From assembly GCA_964596735.1 (NCBI GenBank), contig CAZQVF010000002.1, positions 82,321-146,320 on the forward strand: 64,000 nt of DNA, given 5' to 3'. This stretch comes from an uncultured Gammaproteobacteria bacterium (GTDB lineage: Bacteria > Patescibacteriota > Patescibacteriia > UBA2591 > UBA6264). A model generated the notes under the pieces. The model was not told the DNA's origin, did not search any database, and was given only the letters and a program-made list of their open reading frames with translations. Numbering within the stretch: position 1 is the first letter of the stretch; each line of letters starts with the position of its first letter. A program made the translations under genes and the position numbers. Shown here piece after piece: positions 48,565 to 58,336 of the stretch.

Positions 48565-51042
48565 TTAAATATTAAATGGAAGAGTAAAACAAAAAGTTGT
48601 TCCTTTGTTTTCTTCAGATTCAAACCAAATCTTTCCGCCATGAGCTTCAACTAATCCCTTGGCCAGATAAAGGCCAAGTCCTGTCCCTGGTTTTTGACTA
48701 ACATTATCAGCCCTAAAAAATCTGGAAAATATTTTCTCTTGCTGTTCTTTGGGAATGCCTACTCCTTGATCAGTATTGGAATAAAAAAGTTCTTTTTCTC
48801 TTTGGGCAAGTTTTATTTCAATTTCTGAACCTTCTGGAGAATATTTAATGGCGTTATCAAGGAGAATAATAACTACCTGGCGAATCTTTTCTAAATCAAC
48901 GCTAACCTTGGGCATTGATTTCTCTGGTTTGGACACAGAGACTTTAGCGTTTTTCTTTTCTAAATAAGGCTTATATTCTTCTACTACTTTATCAATTAAT
49001 TCTTCAAATTGAATTTCATCTTTTTTAAATACTAATCTCCCCCCTTCTAAACGAGAAACATTGAGCAGGTCGTTAACCAGTTCAATCATGCGATTGCTAC
49101 CGCGATAAATTCGATCCACTTGTTCTCTGTCTTTTTTCCCCAATTTATGACCAATTGATTTTAACAAGGTTTCTGCTCCCCATTTAATAATGGTCACTGG
49201 GGTTCTTAGTTGATGAGAGGCTAAAGAAACAAATTCTGATTTAATTTTTTCAACCTCTCTTTCTTTGGTAACATCTCTGAATACTCCGACTGCCCCGACA
49301 ACAATACCTTTTTCATCTTTAATCGCCGCGGCTGAACAAGCAACTGGGATTTCTTTGCCATCTTTGGTCATTAAAACTGTGTGGTTGGTCATTTTACTTA
49401 ACTCCCCTGTTTGTAAAGCATGCTGCATAAAAGCAATGTTTTGCTTTTTTTCTTTTTCTGTTAAGAATTTTAAAACCTGATTATATGGTTGACCCAGACA
49501 GTCTTTTTCTTCAAAACCAGCGATTCTCTCCACGGCTGGATTTAAAAGAGCTAATCTACCTTGGGCATCAACCACAAAAACGCCATCAGCTATACTAATT
49601 AAAATCGCTTCAATTCTGTTCTTCTCCTGTTCAATCTTATTCTTGGCCAAGGCTAATTCATTAGTCCGGTCTTTAACCTTTTGTTCCAAAGTAGCATAAT
49701 ATACTTTTAAGCGTCGGGCCATTTCATTAAAACCTTGGGCCAATTCTTGAATTTCATCTTTGGTTTTAATTCTAATTTGATAATCCAGGTTACCTTTACT
49801 GATTTCAAGAGCACCTTTGGTTAACTCCTTAATCGGAGCGGTCACCAAGCGTGCACTAAAGAAAATCAGAACAATTAAAATTAAAGTAATAATACCAAGA
49901 ACAATAAAGATAAAGTTTCGAGTAGCCAAAGCACTGGCCACGATTTCTTCAACCGGAACCACTAAGCCCAGCCCCCAAGCTGTATTTTTAATTGGAGCAT
50001 AAGCAATATATTTTGTTTTTCCTCCCAGCTCAATCTTTTCCAGTCCTTCTTTGCCCGCTCCTATTAATTTAATTATTTCCCTTAGCTGAGGATTAGAAAC
50101 ATCATTTAAATTATGTTCTCTAATTTCTGCTAATTCTAATGATTCTTTTTCCCATTCTAAATCAGCCCGAGCCCTGACTGGTAAGCTGATTGGTCTGCCC
50201 TCAGAATCAATCATAAAAGCATACCCCGTCTCCCATAATTTAATATCTAAGATACGGGTGGTGATGTCTTCCAGGGTCATATCAATGCCGGTAATGGCCT
50301 CCATCTTATTATCTCTATAAACCGGAGAAAGAGCTGAAACCATTAAACCATGGCCGGTAACATCAACATAAGGCGGGCTCCATTGAGTTAACCTGCCAGA
50401 GTTATGAATTTCATTTAAATTATCCCAGAAAACCGGATCAACCCCTTCTTTGTTTAAATCAGCCGGTAAGACATCCATGGCAAAGCTTCCTTTTTGATTG
50501 GGCTTAGGATCTGAATTAGGATAAAGACGATACCAGCCATAGTTCCCGCCAATGATATATAGATTATCAATATTAGAATTCTCTTTTTTAATTGAAGGAA
50601 AAACAAAATCTAAAGCAGCTGAGAGCTCTAAATCACGTTTGGTTAAATCATTTAATTCATACCAATTAAAAACAATGACTGAGCTAGTTTCGTTTGCTCC
50701 ATTGCCATATTGTCCTTCTGAACCCTGAAACAAATTCTCAATTGACCAATAATCAGGGTGATAAAAAAGCAAAGGATTATTATAGACTTCAGTCGCATAA
50801 TCAGCCAAATTTTTACTACTGGAACCAACTTTTGATAAAACCAAATCAATCTTTTCTGCTTCATCATGAGAAAGGCTTTCTAAATAAGTGATTGCTTCTT
50901 TTTTTAATTCTTCAATGGTTCTGGAAACAGAAAAAAAGTTAAGAAGAATTGGACATAAAACAAAAAATAGAAAGATGAGAGCTAATTTTACATTTAAGCC
51001 TAAACCTTTTTTTAGTTTATTTTTTTTAAAATCAGGCTCCAT
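48565..51042 (-). CDS. Sensor histidine kinase (dCache-HAMP-PAS-HisKA-HATPase)
   Basis: WSPPYVD, DEIQELAQGFNEM, PAS (IADGVFVVD), SHQLRTP, DNAIKYS, GTGLGL. Confidence 0.93.
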   Translation of the reverse strand: MEPDFKKNKLKKGLGLNVKLALIFLFFVLCPILLNFFSVSRTIEELKKEAITYLESLSHDEAEKIDLVLSKVGSSSKNLADYATEVYNNPLLFYHPDYWSIENLFQGSEGQYGNGANETSSVIVFNWYELNDLTKRDLELSAALDFVFPSIKKENSNIDNLYIIGGNYGWYRLYPNSDPKPNQKGSFAMDVLPADLNKEGVDPVFWDNLNEIHNSGRLTQWSPPYVDVTGHGLMVSALSPVYRDNKMEAITGIDMTLEDITTRILDIKLWETGYAFMIDSEGRPISLPVRARADLEWEKESLELAEIREHNLNDVSNPQLREIIKLIGAGKEGLEKIELGGKTKYIAYAPIKNTAWGLGLVVPVEEIVASALATRNFIFIVLGIITLILIVLIFFSARLVTAPIKELTKGALEISKGNLDYQIRIKTKDEIQELAQGFNEMARRLKVYYATLEQKVKDRTNELALAKNKIEQEKNRIEAILISIADGVFVVDAQGRLALLNPAVERIAGFEEKDCLGQPYNQVLKFLTEKEKKQNIAFMQHALQTGELSKMTNHTVLMTKDGKEIPVACSAAAIKDEKGIVVGAVGVFRDVTKEREVEKIKSEFVSLASHQLRTPVTIIKWGAETLLKSIGHKLGKKDREQVDRIYRGSNRMIELVNDLLNVSRLEGGRLVFKKDEIQFEELIDKVVEEYKPYLEKKNAKVSVSKPEKSMPKVSVDLEKIRQVVIILLDNAIKYSPEGSEIEIKLAQREKELFYSNTDQGVGIPKEQQEKIFSRFFRADNVSQKPGTGLGLYLAKGLVEAHGGKIWFESEENKGTTFCFTLPFNI

Positions 51043-51049
51043 ATATTTC

Positions 51050-51122
51050 TATAATTAAATTACCTTGATTTTCATACGATAAATATTTAATTTCAAGGTT
51101 CTGCGAAGCAGGTTCTTATAAT
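51050..51122 (-). repeat. Dispersed intergenic repeat, copy 8
   Basis: Minus strand ATTATAAGAACCTGC-ttc-GCAGAACCTTGAAATTAAAT-N24-ATTTAATTATA; begins on the stop codon at 51116-51118. Confidence 0.9.
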
Positions 51123-51808
51123 AAATCACTTTGCTTGGCTGTCAATTCTTTTATTTCATTATGCCATTGACAAAAAGAACAATCATCAGCCGGCTCAGGC
51201 ATTTCAGCTTCTAAAATATTAATCGCTTCAGCCAAGCGGGGCAAGACTTCTTTAGAATCTGTTTTAACTTCTTGAAAATGAATGACCAATGGAACACCTT
51301 TGGCTAAATCTTTAATTTCATCTGGATAAAGATAAATCAAACAGGCTGTTTTCTCAGTTGGTTTTCTGTTCTCTTCCAACAAAAAAGCATATTCATTCAT
51401 TTGCCGTTGATAAGAAGGAAAAACTTCTTTTCTTGGTCTTGGATCAGAGCTAGCTGTTTTATAATCAATGATTATATGTTTCCCCTCCGGAGTAATTAAA
51501 CATTCATCAAGCTTGCCATAAAAACCATATTTTTGATTAACATGATAAAAATATACTTCTTGAAATGGATTTTCTAATTTTCCTTTTAATTTTCCCTGCA
51601 GAAAAGGAGGAAGTTCATTTTTCTGACGATAAGAGTTAAAATAGTTTTTAAGAATTTTATCAAACCTTGAGGGTAAACGAGAAAAAATGCCCTGGGGCTG
51701 TCTAATTCCTAAACGATATTGTAACCAAAAACAGCGTGGACATCGATACAAAATATCAAGACCAGAATGAGATAACCAGGTCTTTTTGCCTGCTCTTTGC
51801 AATTTCAT
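51116..51808 (-). CDS. PD-(D/E)xK nuclease family protein (RecB/Cas4-like fold)
   Basis: LSHS..CPRCFW, GKLDE..IIDYKT, YQRQMNEY, CSFC. Confidence 0.85.
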   Translation of the reverse strand: MKLQRAGKKTWLSHSGLDILYRCPRCFWLQYRLGIRQPQGIFSRLPSRFDKILKNYFNSYRQKNELPPFLQGKLKGKLENPFQEVYFYHVNQKYGFYGKLDECLITPEGKHIIIDYKTASSDPRPRKEVFPSYQRQMNEYAFLLEENRKPTEKTACLIYLYPDEIKDLAKGVPLVIHFQEVKTDSKEVLPRLAEAINILEAEMPEPADDCSFCQWHNEIKELTAKQSDLL

Positions 51809-52809
51809 TTTTTAATAACTATATTTTCTGGTTTGTTTAATAAATATTGTTTAATATTTTCTATGGTTGTTTCAATGATTCTAATCAGCGCTTCTTGACT
51901 ATAAAAAGCAATATGAGGGGTAAAAACAACGTTATCTTTACTTAAAAGAATATGGCCCTTTACCAGCTCAGCCAAGACTTCTAAATTCTTTTTATCATAT
52001 AAGAGTTGTTTTTCTTCTTTGATTAATTTCTCGCCCTCTAAAACATCTAGTCCCAGCCCTGATAAAATGCCCTGGTCTAATGCCCAGATTAAGGCTTCTG
52101 TGTCAGCAACTCCTCCTCGGGCTGTATTAATTAAAACGGCTCCTTTTTTAATTTTTTTAATTGTTTGTTTGTTAATCAAATGATGAGTCTTCTTATTATA
52201 TGGGATATGCAAGGTAATAATATCTGAATTTTTTAAGACCTGATCAAAGGCAACATATTGAAAATCTAATTCTTTAGCTAACTCCTTATTCTCTATAACA
52301 TCAAAAGCCAAAACATTCATATCAAACCCCTTGGCCATTTTAATTACGCAGGCGCCAATGTGGCCAGTGCCAATTACCCCTAATGTTTTTCCCTTTAAAT
52401 CAAAGCCCTTTAAGCCTTCAATGGAAAAATCATTTCTTAAGGTTCGAACATATGATTTATGAATATTTCTGGACAATGACAAAATCAAAGCAAAGGTATG
52501 TTCGGCTACTGTGTTTTCTCCGTAAAAGGGAACACTACAAACAGTAATCTTCTTCTTCTGGCAAACCTTTAAATCAATGTGGCCAAAGCCGGTTGAACGA
52601 GTAGTAATTAATTTTAGTTGTGGTAATTTCTTCAAAACCTTTTCATCCATTTTAGAGTAAATAAAAACAGAGACTATTTCAAAATCTCTGATTTTATCAA
52701 CATTAGCTGAACTTAAGGGCTCTTGATAAAACTCAAGGGTGTGATTTTTAAGTTCTTTTTTTAGATAGGGTTTTTCCCAGCCCTTAATTTCAAAAAATGC
52801 TATTTTCAT
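51805..52809 (-). CDS. D-2-hydroxyacid (D-lactate-type) dehydrogenase
   Basis: RSTGF, VAEH, GTGHIG, INTARG, LDVLEGE, TPHIAF. Confidence 0.92.
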   Translation of the reverse strand: MKIAFFEIKGWEKPYLKKELKNHTLEFYQEPLSSANVDKIRDFEIVSVFIYSKMDEKVLKKLPQLKLITTRSTGFGHIDLKVCQKKKITVCSVPFYGENTVAEHTFALILSLSRNIHKSYVRTLRNDFSIEGLKGFDLKGKTLGVIGTGHIGACVIKMAKGFDMNVLAFDVIENKELAKELDFQYVAFDQVLKNSDIITLHIPYNKKTHHLINKQTIKKIKKGAVLINTARGGVADTEALIWALDQGILSGLGLDVLEGEKLIKEEKQLLYDKKNLEVLAELVKGHILLSKDNVVFTPHIAFYSQEALIRIIETTIENIKQYLLNKPENIVIKK

Positions 52810-52817
52810 AATCTGTT

Positions 52818-53402
52818 TTAATATTCTTCACATTTAATTTGATAAAAGCTTTGATCATGATCACAAGAGGGACATTCTTTTGGTGCTTCCTTGCCAAAAT
52901 AAACATAACCACATTCTCGGCAGACCCACCAAACTTCTTTATCTTTTTTAAAGACAGTTCCTGCTTCTACTTCTTTTAAAAGTTTTTTATATCTTTCTTC
53001 ATGGTGTTTTTCAGCCACAGCAATCGCCCTTAATCTCTTGGCAATTTCTGGTAAGCCTTCTTTGTCAGCCATCTCGGCAAATTCTGGATACATTTGAGTA
53101 TATTCATAATTTTCTCCAGCCGCGGCTGTTTTTAAATTTTCTGCTGTACTTCCATAAACAGTCGGGGTGCTGGCTTGGACCTGGATTTCATCTAATTTTT
53201 CTTCTGATTTTTCTTTTAATTCTTGAATATGTTCAAATAATCTTTTGGCATGTTCTTTTTCCTGTTCTGCGGTTAAAAGAAAAACTTCTCTAATTTGCTC
53301 AAACCCTTCTTTTTTAGCTATTTTAGCGTAAAAAGTATAACGATTTCTGGCTTGTGATTCACCAATAAATGCTTTGGTTAGATTTTTAATTGTTTGTTTC
53401 AT
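52818..53402 (-). CDS. rbr: Rubrerythrin
   Basis: [22 protein letters not shown]...[21 protein letters not shown]. Confidence 0.95.
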   Translation of the reverse strand: MKQTIKNLTKAFIGESQARNRYTFYAKIAKKEGFEQIREVFLLTAEQEKEHAKRLFEHIQELKEKSEEKLDEIQVQASTPTVYGSTAENLKTAAAGENYEYTQMYPEFAEMADKEGLPEIAKRLRAIAVAEKHHEERYKKLLKEVEAGTVFKKDKEVWWVCRECGYVYFGKEAPKECPSCDHDQSFYQIKCEEY

Positions 53403-53463
53403 AATTTTTATTTTATTTTATTAAGTTCTATATATTATATCAAACATATTAATTAAAGCAATT

Positions 53464-53498
53464 AAAAATCCGCCCAGTATTAATGAGCGGATTTTTTA
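53464..53498. terminator. Bidirectional terminator-like hairpin at the MFS stop
   Basis: AAAAATCCGC...GCGGATTTTT. Confidence 0.55.
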
Positions 53499-54685
53499 AC
53501 CTTGTTTCCATTCAAAAGCATTACTAATGGCAGGAAAACTATAATCACTGTTCCTGACAAAATCCAAGCTATTTCAATGCTTAGGCTTTCAGCTGCCCAG
53601 CCACCCAAAACAAGACCTAGGGCAGCGGCACCTGTTCTCATCATTGAAACAAAGGATTCTACTGTTGCCCTCTTATCAGAAGGAACATTTTCCTGTAAAA
53701 CAGCATTAGTATATGGTTGGTAAATACCCCTTACTATTTCATGGGCATAAAACCAGATTAAGGAGAGGGTGAAAACGGGAATGGCTCCGGCCAAGACCAT
53801 GGTTATTCCTAGGCTTAAACCAATAACCACATAGGCTCTCTTAACCACTGGATAATGCCTCCAGAAATATCTAACCGTTTCATTACCAATTGCTGTAAAG
53901 ACAACAATTCCGGCCCAAATAAATCCAAACTGCTGAGTACCAAGTAATGATGGGCCATATTTGGGTTGCCAAAACATATTAAGAGATTGAAACCCTAGGG
54001 TAAAGAGTATTGTCACCGCAACGATTAGGAAAATCATGTTGTCCTGAAAGCCGTAAACAATACTATCTTGAGCAATCTGTCTAATGTCTTGAACCACTTG
54101 TTTTCCTTGTCTACTTTTCTTTTGAAAGTAATCCTCTTGCATTATTCCGTAAGAAAGCATGGCTAATAACCAGTAACCTAGTCCGGCCACAGCAAAGGGA
54201 ACGGACAAGTCTTTGACGCCTAAGTAGGCCCCGATCAAACCACCCGCTAACTTTGCCAGATTAATCACTCTTCCTTCTAAATGAAAGATCTTAATCAGCT
54301 GACCATCCCAACTTACAAAGTGCAAGGAATCAACTAACCATGCTGTTAAAGCCCCTGAAGTAAGGGTCATGCCCAGAGCAATGATTATTTCTGCAGCAAT
54401 AAAGCCAGAGAAACTATTGGCTAAGCTGTAGACAAAAAACCCGATTCCATTGATCACGCTCGAAAGAACAAAAGAGAATTTTCTGCCACAGAGATCAGCT
54501 ATTGCTCCAGTCGGAACCTCAAACAAAAAGACTGAGACCATAAAGAACAGATTAACCAGGCTGACCTCAAGCAAGCTTAAACCACTTTCTAATAGATAAG
54601 TGACATAAACTGCGGCATGCAGGGCAATTAACAAGGTTGCGATTAAACTGACTAATAAATAAGTTGTAATTATTCTTTTAGCCAT
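53480..54685 (-). CDS. MFS transporter
   Basis: FEVPTGAIADLCGRKFS, SGALTAWLVDS, RATVESF; about 12 TM. Confidence 0.92.
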   Translation of the reverse strand: MAKRIITTYLLVSLIATLLIALHAAVYVTYLLESGLSLLEVSLVNLFFMVSVFLFEVPTGAIADLCGRKFSFVLSSVINGIGFFVYSLANSFSGFIAAEIIIALGMTLTSGALTAWLVDSLHFVSWDGQLIKIFHLEGRVINLAKLAGGLIGAYLGVKDLSVPFAVAGLGYWLLAMLSYGIMQEDYFQKKSRQGKQVVQDIRQIAQDSIVYGFQDNMIFLIVAVTILFTLGFQSLNMFWQPKYGPSLLGTQQFGFIWAGIVVFTAIGNETVRYFWRHYPVVKRAYVVIGLSLGITMVLAGAIPVFTLSLIWFYAHEIVRGIYQPYTNAVLQENVPSDKRATVESFVSMMRTGAAALGLVLGGWAAESLSIEIAWILSGTVIIVFLPLVMLLNGNKVKKSAH

Positions 54686-54733
54686 GATAAACCTCCTTTG
54701 TTTGTTAAGTTATGTATTAAGTTTTAATGAGTA

Positions 54734-54775
54734 TTAAACAAAGCTCCTGGGGTTTAGCCCAGGAGCTTTGTTTAA
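54734..54775. terminator. 18-bp inverted repeat upstream of MFS (terminator or attenuator)
   Basis: TTAAACAAAGCTCCTGGG-gtttag-CCCAGGAGCTTTGTTTAA. Confidence 0.65.
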
Positions 54776-54791
54776 GAATATAATCAAATTA

Positions 54792-54959
54792 TTAGTCATC
54801 ATCTAATAAATCATAATAATTGCTTTCTACAACAATAACTACCTGGGCTAGATCTTGGGCAATAGCAAAACAAACATCGCCATGATCAGTGTCAGGAGCC
54901 ATGTTTTGGCTGTTGTCAGGCCATAAACAGTTTTTAAATTGTTGTTTCTCGTTTTCCAT
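54792..54959 (-). CDS. Possible 55-aa acidic peptide (not in ORF track)
   Basis: MENEKQQFKNCLWPDNSQNMAPDTDHGDVCFAIAQDLAQVVIVVESNYYDLLDDD, ending just before the hairpin. Confidence 0.45.
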   Translation of the reverse strand: MENEKQQFKNCLWPDNSQNMAPDTDHGDVCFAIAQDLAQVVIVVESNYYDLLDDD

Positions 54960-55045
54960 TTTTAAATTTATTCAGGTTATTTGCTTCTACTAACTTAGAC
55001 GAATCAACCTATGTCTTTGTTACACTTTTATTCTTAAATTAAAAG

Positions 55046-55071
55046 AAATGGCCGGCATTTGCCGGCCATTT
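55046..55071. terminator. Intrinsic terminator
   Basis: AAATGGCCGGC-attt-GCCGGCCATTT. Confidence 0.75.
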
Positions 55072-55094
55072 TAATGAAAAGATTATGATCAATG

Positions 55095-55340
55095 TTAGCG
55101 ATTCTTCATTGCCTGATCCAGGATCTCAGCATATTCATCCCGTTTGTGTGGGAATTTGTCCTGAAAAATCATGGCAAATTCTTCCAACGCCACTATTGAT
55201 GGATTTTTCCTTAGCATCCTCCGCAATCGCTTCATCAACTGATCAGCCGCAATCCCATTCACTTCTTTGTTAATCGTGGGTAGTTTCTCAATGGGGAATC
55301 TTATTATTACTCTTCCCTGTCTAATGACAACCGGTTTCAT
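55095..55340 (-). CDS. Hypothetical protein
   Basis: 81-aa ORF with AGGAG RBS, TTGACA-16-TATACT promoter and terminator. Confidence 0.7.
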   Translation of the reverse strand: MKPVVIRQGRVIIRFPIEKLPTINKEVNGIAADQLMKRLRRMLRKNPSIVALEEFAMIFQDKFPHKRDEYAEILDQAMKNR

Positions 55341-55474
55341 CTTTTCTTTGTCCTCCTTAAGCTAGATGTATTTATAGAATAAGTTGATAAAGTATAACAA
55401 GGTATTAATTTATGTCAAATGAATCGCGCCAGACATAATGCCTGGCGCTTAATTCGTTTCCAAACGACTTTTTT

Positions 55475-55705
55475 TCAAAATATACCTCTTTTAAACAGAG
55501 GTAGGGCTAACATATGTAGCCCAGCTGTCCCGAGCCCAAGCCCGATGAGCCAAATTGGAGAGGTGAGTATTGGAATATCTATTATTCCTGGATATTGACC
55601 AGGAAAACTGGTCATAAACACCAACCAACCTCCGACCAGGATAAGTATCGGCCCCGCAATTATCCGATTCCACATCTTTCTTCTCTTACTGTAAGGTTTC
55701 CGCAT
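55475..55705 (-). CDS. Small two-TM membrane protein
   Basis: 76 aa; AGGAGG RBS; TTGACA-17-TATAAT (55766-55738); hairpin at 55426-55448. Confidence 0.75.
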   Translation of the reverse strand: MRKPYSKRRKMWNRIIAGPILILVGGWLVFMTSFPGQYPGIIDIPILTSPIWLIGLGLGTAGLHMLALPLFKRGIF

Positions 55706-55769
55706 TTGAAAATTCCTCCTTAGATTATCTGTTGATTATTATAACAGATTTTTATGCTTTTGTCAATAT

Positions 55770-56507
55770 CTAAAAAACAAAGCCGATTATTGCCCCTAAA
55801 AAACAAATGATACTAAAAATTAAAGCAAATTTAAAAAAATCTATTTTTTTAGCCCAATTAATTAAAAAATGCAAGGTTAAAATACCTATTAAAAAACTAG
55901 AAACCAAAGCTGGCCAAGCCTTAAAAACCAAAGTAGAATCTTGTAAAATCAAATAGCCAGTTGAAGCTAATACTACTGGAGCAGACATTAGATAAGAAAG
56001 CTTTAAAATCTTGTCTGGCTTTATTCCACTTAAAGACAAACCAAAAATAGTTGCCCCTGAACGAGATAAACCAGGAATAACAGCCAGGCCTTGTAAAAAT
56101 CCAGTCATAACAGCTAAATATTTAAGATTTATTTTAAAACTTATATTTTTTTTGTGGAAATAAGCGGTGATCAATAAACCAATGCCCATGACCAATAAAA
56201 GGCCATTGCCCAAAACCATGCTCCTGATTAATTTATAAAGAGGATAACTAACAATTAAAGAAACAGCTGTTGCTATAGTTAAAAAGCGGAGTAATTTAGG
56301 ATTTTTAAATGTTAAAATTTCTTTCCAGTCTTTTCTAAAATAGATTAACACGGCAAAAAAAGTACCCAGGTGTAAAAACAAGGCTAAATCAACAGGGTTA
56401 AATGTCTTAATTAAAAAATGAGTTGTTAAAGCAGTTACTCCTTCACTAGAAATGGGCAACCATTCAAATATTCCCTGGATAATGCCGAGTAAAATATATG
56501 ACCACAT
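55770..56507 (-). CDS. uppP: Undecaprenyl-diphosphate phosphatase
   Basis: LGIIQGIFEWLPISSEG, LHLGT, QGLAVIPGLSRSGATI; start at MWSY. Confidence 0.92.
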   Translation of the reverse strand: MWSYILLGIIQGIFEWLPISSEGVTALTTHFLIKTFNPVDLALFLHLGTFFAVLIYFRKDWKEILTFKNPKLLRFLTIATAVSLIVSYPLYKLIRSMVLGNGLLLVMGIGLLITAYFHKKNISFKINLKYLAVMTGFLQGLAVIPGLSRSGATIFGLSLSGIKPDKILKLSYLMSAPVVLASTGYLILQDSTLVFKAWPALVSSFLIGILTLHFLINWAKKIDFFKFALIFSIICFLGAIIGFVF

Positions 56508-56635
56508 GTTTAAGAGGTTAACAAATAAATCCTTCTTGTCAAGAATATCTGCTTTAGGGTTATCCCCCGCCCTGGTTGACAAAAAATACATCAAAGATTA
56601 TATTTAAAATAGCTCACAACTAAAATAGGAAGGGG

Positions 56636-57076
56636 GTGAGAAAAATGGGTAAGCAACCCAAAAGTGTCCGAAATAAATCTTCTCCTGATGAACAAGCTCT
56701 TGCGCAACTTATGGAAAAAATCAATAAACTCGGCGCCGGAATCCAACGAATCGAGATTACTCACCACGATAATGGTGCGAAAACCAAAGATAACTACAGT
56801 GGACTCTTGTTAAACGTTATAATAAAGAATGGTGCTGTAATCTACACCCTTGTCAATAATGGCAGACACGAAGCTGAGGTAAAAGCAAATGACGAATTAA
56901 ACCTTTCTCCCTGGCGCAAACTAGTGGATCCCAATCAAAGTCGTCAATTCATTCCGTTAAGTGAAAACGATGAATTAACACTTCAACTCGGTCGGATTAC
57001 GAAAATCTCGCCAGTTAGCACAGAAGAGCTTGAAAAGCGTCTACTAACCTATATTAAAAGGAGAAGAACGCGATGA
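56636..57076 (+). CDS. Hypothetical protein
   Basis: 146-aa ORF; TTGACA-17-TATATT upstream, purine-rich RBS, hairpin at 57102-57147. Confidence 0.7.
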   Translation: MRKMGKQPKSVRNKSSPDEQALAQLMEKINKLGAGIQRIEITHHDNGAKTKDNYSGLLLNVIIKNGAVIYTLVNNGRHEAEVKANDELNLSPWRKLVDPNQSRQFIPLSENDELTLQLGRITKISPVSTEELEKRLLTYIKRRRTR

Positions 57077-57268
57077 CACTTATAAGTGTTTCGGATAAAA
57101 AAGAGCCTTGTGTTACTAAATCAATTAGTCAACAAAGCAAGGCTCTTACCTTTTGTAAACTTTTTTTAATAAATTATTTACGTAAAGATAAAACTTGACA
57201 AAAACAAAAAATTATTATAATATGATACTAGAAAACATTTTTCTCAACGTGGAAAAGGAGGTGCTATC

Positions 57269-57379
57269 ATGGCCTTGAAACGAGGAAAAAGAAACGCTGG
57301 CATGAAATTTACGGCGGTTGTCATGTCAGTGATTGTTGTTGTTCTTTGGCTGATGATAAAATATAATATCATCAATTAG
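57269..57379 (+). CDS. 36-aa single-TM microprotein (not in ORF track)
   Basis: MALKRGKRNAGMKFTAVVMSVIVVVLWLMIKYNIIN; AGGAGGTG RBS; TTGACA at 57195. Confidence 0.65.
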   Translation: MALKRGKRNAGMKFTAVVMSVIVVVLWLMIKYNIIN

Positions 57380-57491
57380 CCAAAGGCAATTAAATTATTA
57401 ATCGCCGTGCCCTGTTCTGTAAATTATCCTATTTTATAGGATAAAAAGGACGGGGCTTTTCTTTAAAAAATTTTTATTAAAACAAAAGTTA

Positions 57492-57926
57492 TTAAAAACT
57501 ATTTTTTTTCTTAACAAACATCACTATACTACCAACCATTCCAATTAAAAACCCTATAGGGCAGACAATAATCGCTAAAAAGAAAAAAACCGGCTCATCT
57601 CCTAAACCAATCCTTTGCCAAAAATCTGAACCAAATAAATAAATGAACAGGCCATAAATAAAATTATGTAAAAGTATGCTGACAAAAAAACCTGACGAAG
57701 AAAGGCCTGTTAATATTAAAAACTTTCTCAGCATTTCCCTTGGCTCTCCTTTCATGGCTAAAACTATTAATACTATACCTAATAAAAAGAAAATGGCGAT
57801 TGGTAATAAAAAAAGGATAGAACCTCTGAAGAAGTCTCTAACCGCAGGAATAAAAAACTCACCCAATATCACTAAAAAAACTCCTATTAATACCCAAAAT
57901 GTCGCTGGTATTAAAAATTTTTTCAT
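57492..57926 (-). CDS. Four-TM membrane protein
   Basis: Hydrophobic 144 aa with LLHNFIYG...DEPVFF. Confidence 0.72.
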   Translation of the reverse strand: MKKFLIPATFWVLIGVFLVILGEFFIPAVRDFFRGSILFLLPIAIFFLLGIVLIVLAMKGEPREMLRKFLILTGLSSSGFFVSILLHNFIYGLFIYLFGSDFWQRIGLGDEPVFFFLAIIVCPIGFLIGMVGSIVMFVKKKNSF

Positions 57927-57946
57927 TATTTAATTCTAATAATTAC

Positions 57947-58099
57947 TTAATTCTTCCTATTAAGCAATCCTATTACAATCATTACCAATCCCCCGCCCAG
58001 CCAAATAATTAGCTCAATTCCTGAATGCAAAAATATTCCAATGAGAATCCAGATAATTCCAAGGACTATATGAATTTGATAGGGAAACTTTTTTGTCAT
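57947..58099 (-). CDS. 50-aa two-TM membrane protein (not in ORF track)
   Basis: MTKKFPYQIHIVLGIIWILIGIFLHSGIELIIWLGGGLVMIVIGLLNRKN. Confidence 0.65.
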   Translation of the reverse strand: MTKKFPYQIHIVLGIIWILIGIFLHSGIELIIWLGGGLVMIVIGLLNRKN

Positions 58100-58193
58100 T
58101 TTTTTCATTAATAAACTTAGTTAATAATATAATTATATCATATTTTGAAAAAATTGATATGTTATTTGAATATTTAAAAATCCCTTTCTCTGC

Positions 58194-58222
58194 TTGACAA
58201 ATATTATACATTATGCTATATT
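58194..58222 (+). promoter_or_regulatory. Sigma70 promoter giving a long 5' UTR for the cold-shock gene
   Basis: TTGACA-17-TATATT about 115 nt upstream of the ATG. Confidence 0.6.
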
Positions 58223-58336
58223 TATTATGTTGATTATTTTTCAAGTTGATTAAAAATCAACACAAGCGAGTAAATGTAGAGATTATGTCGAGTTTCTGCT
58301 TATTACTACGTGTTAATTAACTTAATTTCTACATTT

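Noticed and set aside
486-51122. AGAACCTGC repeats as a CRISPR array
   Set aside because: Copies are dispersed over 50 kb, not separated by regular unique spacers, and no cas1/cas2 or effector gene is present.
51116-51808. PD-(D/E)xK gene as CRISPR Cas4
   Set aside because: No array or cas operon; stand-alone RecB-like nucleases of this type are common.
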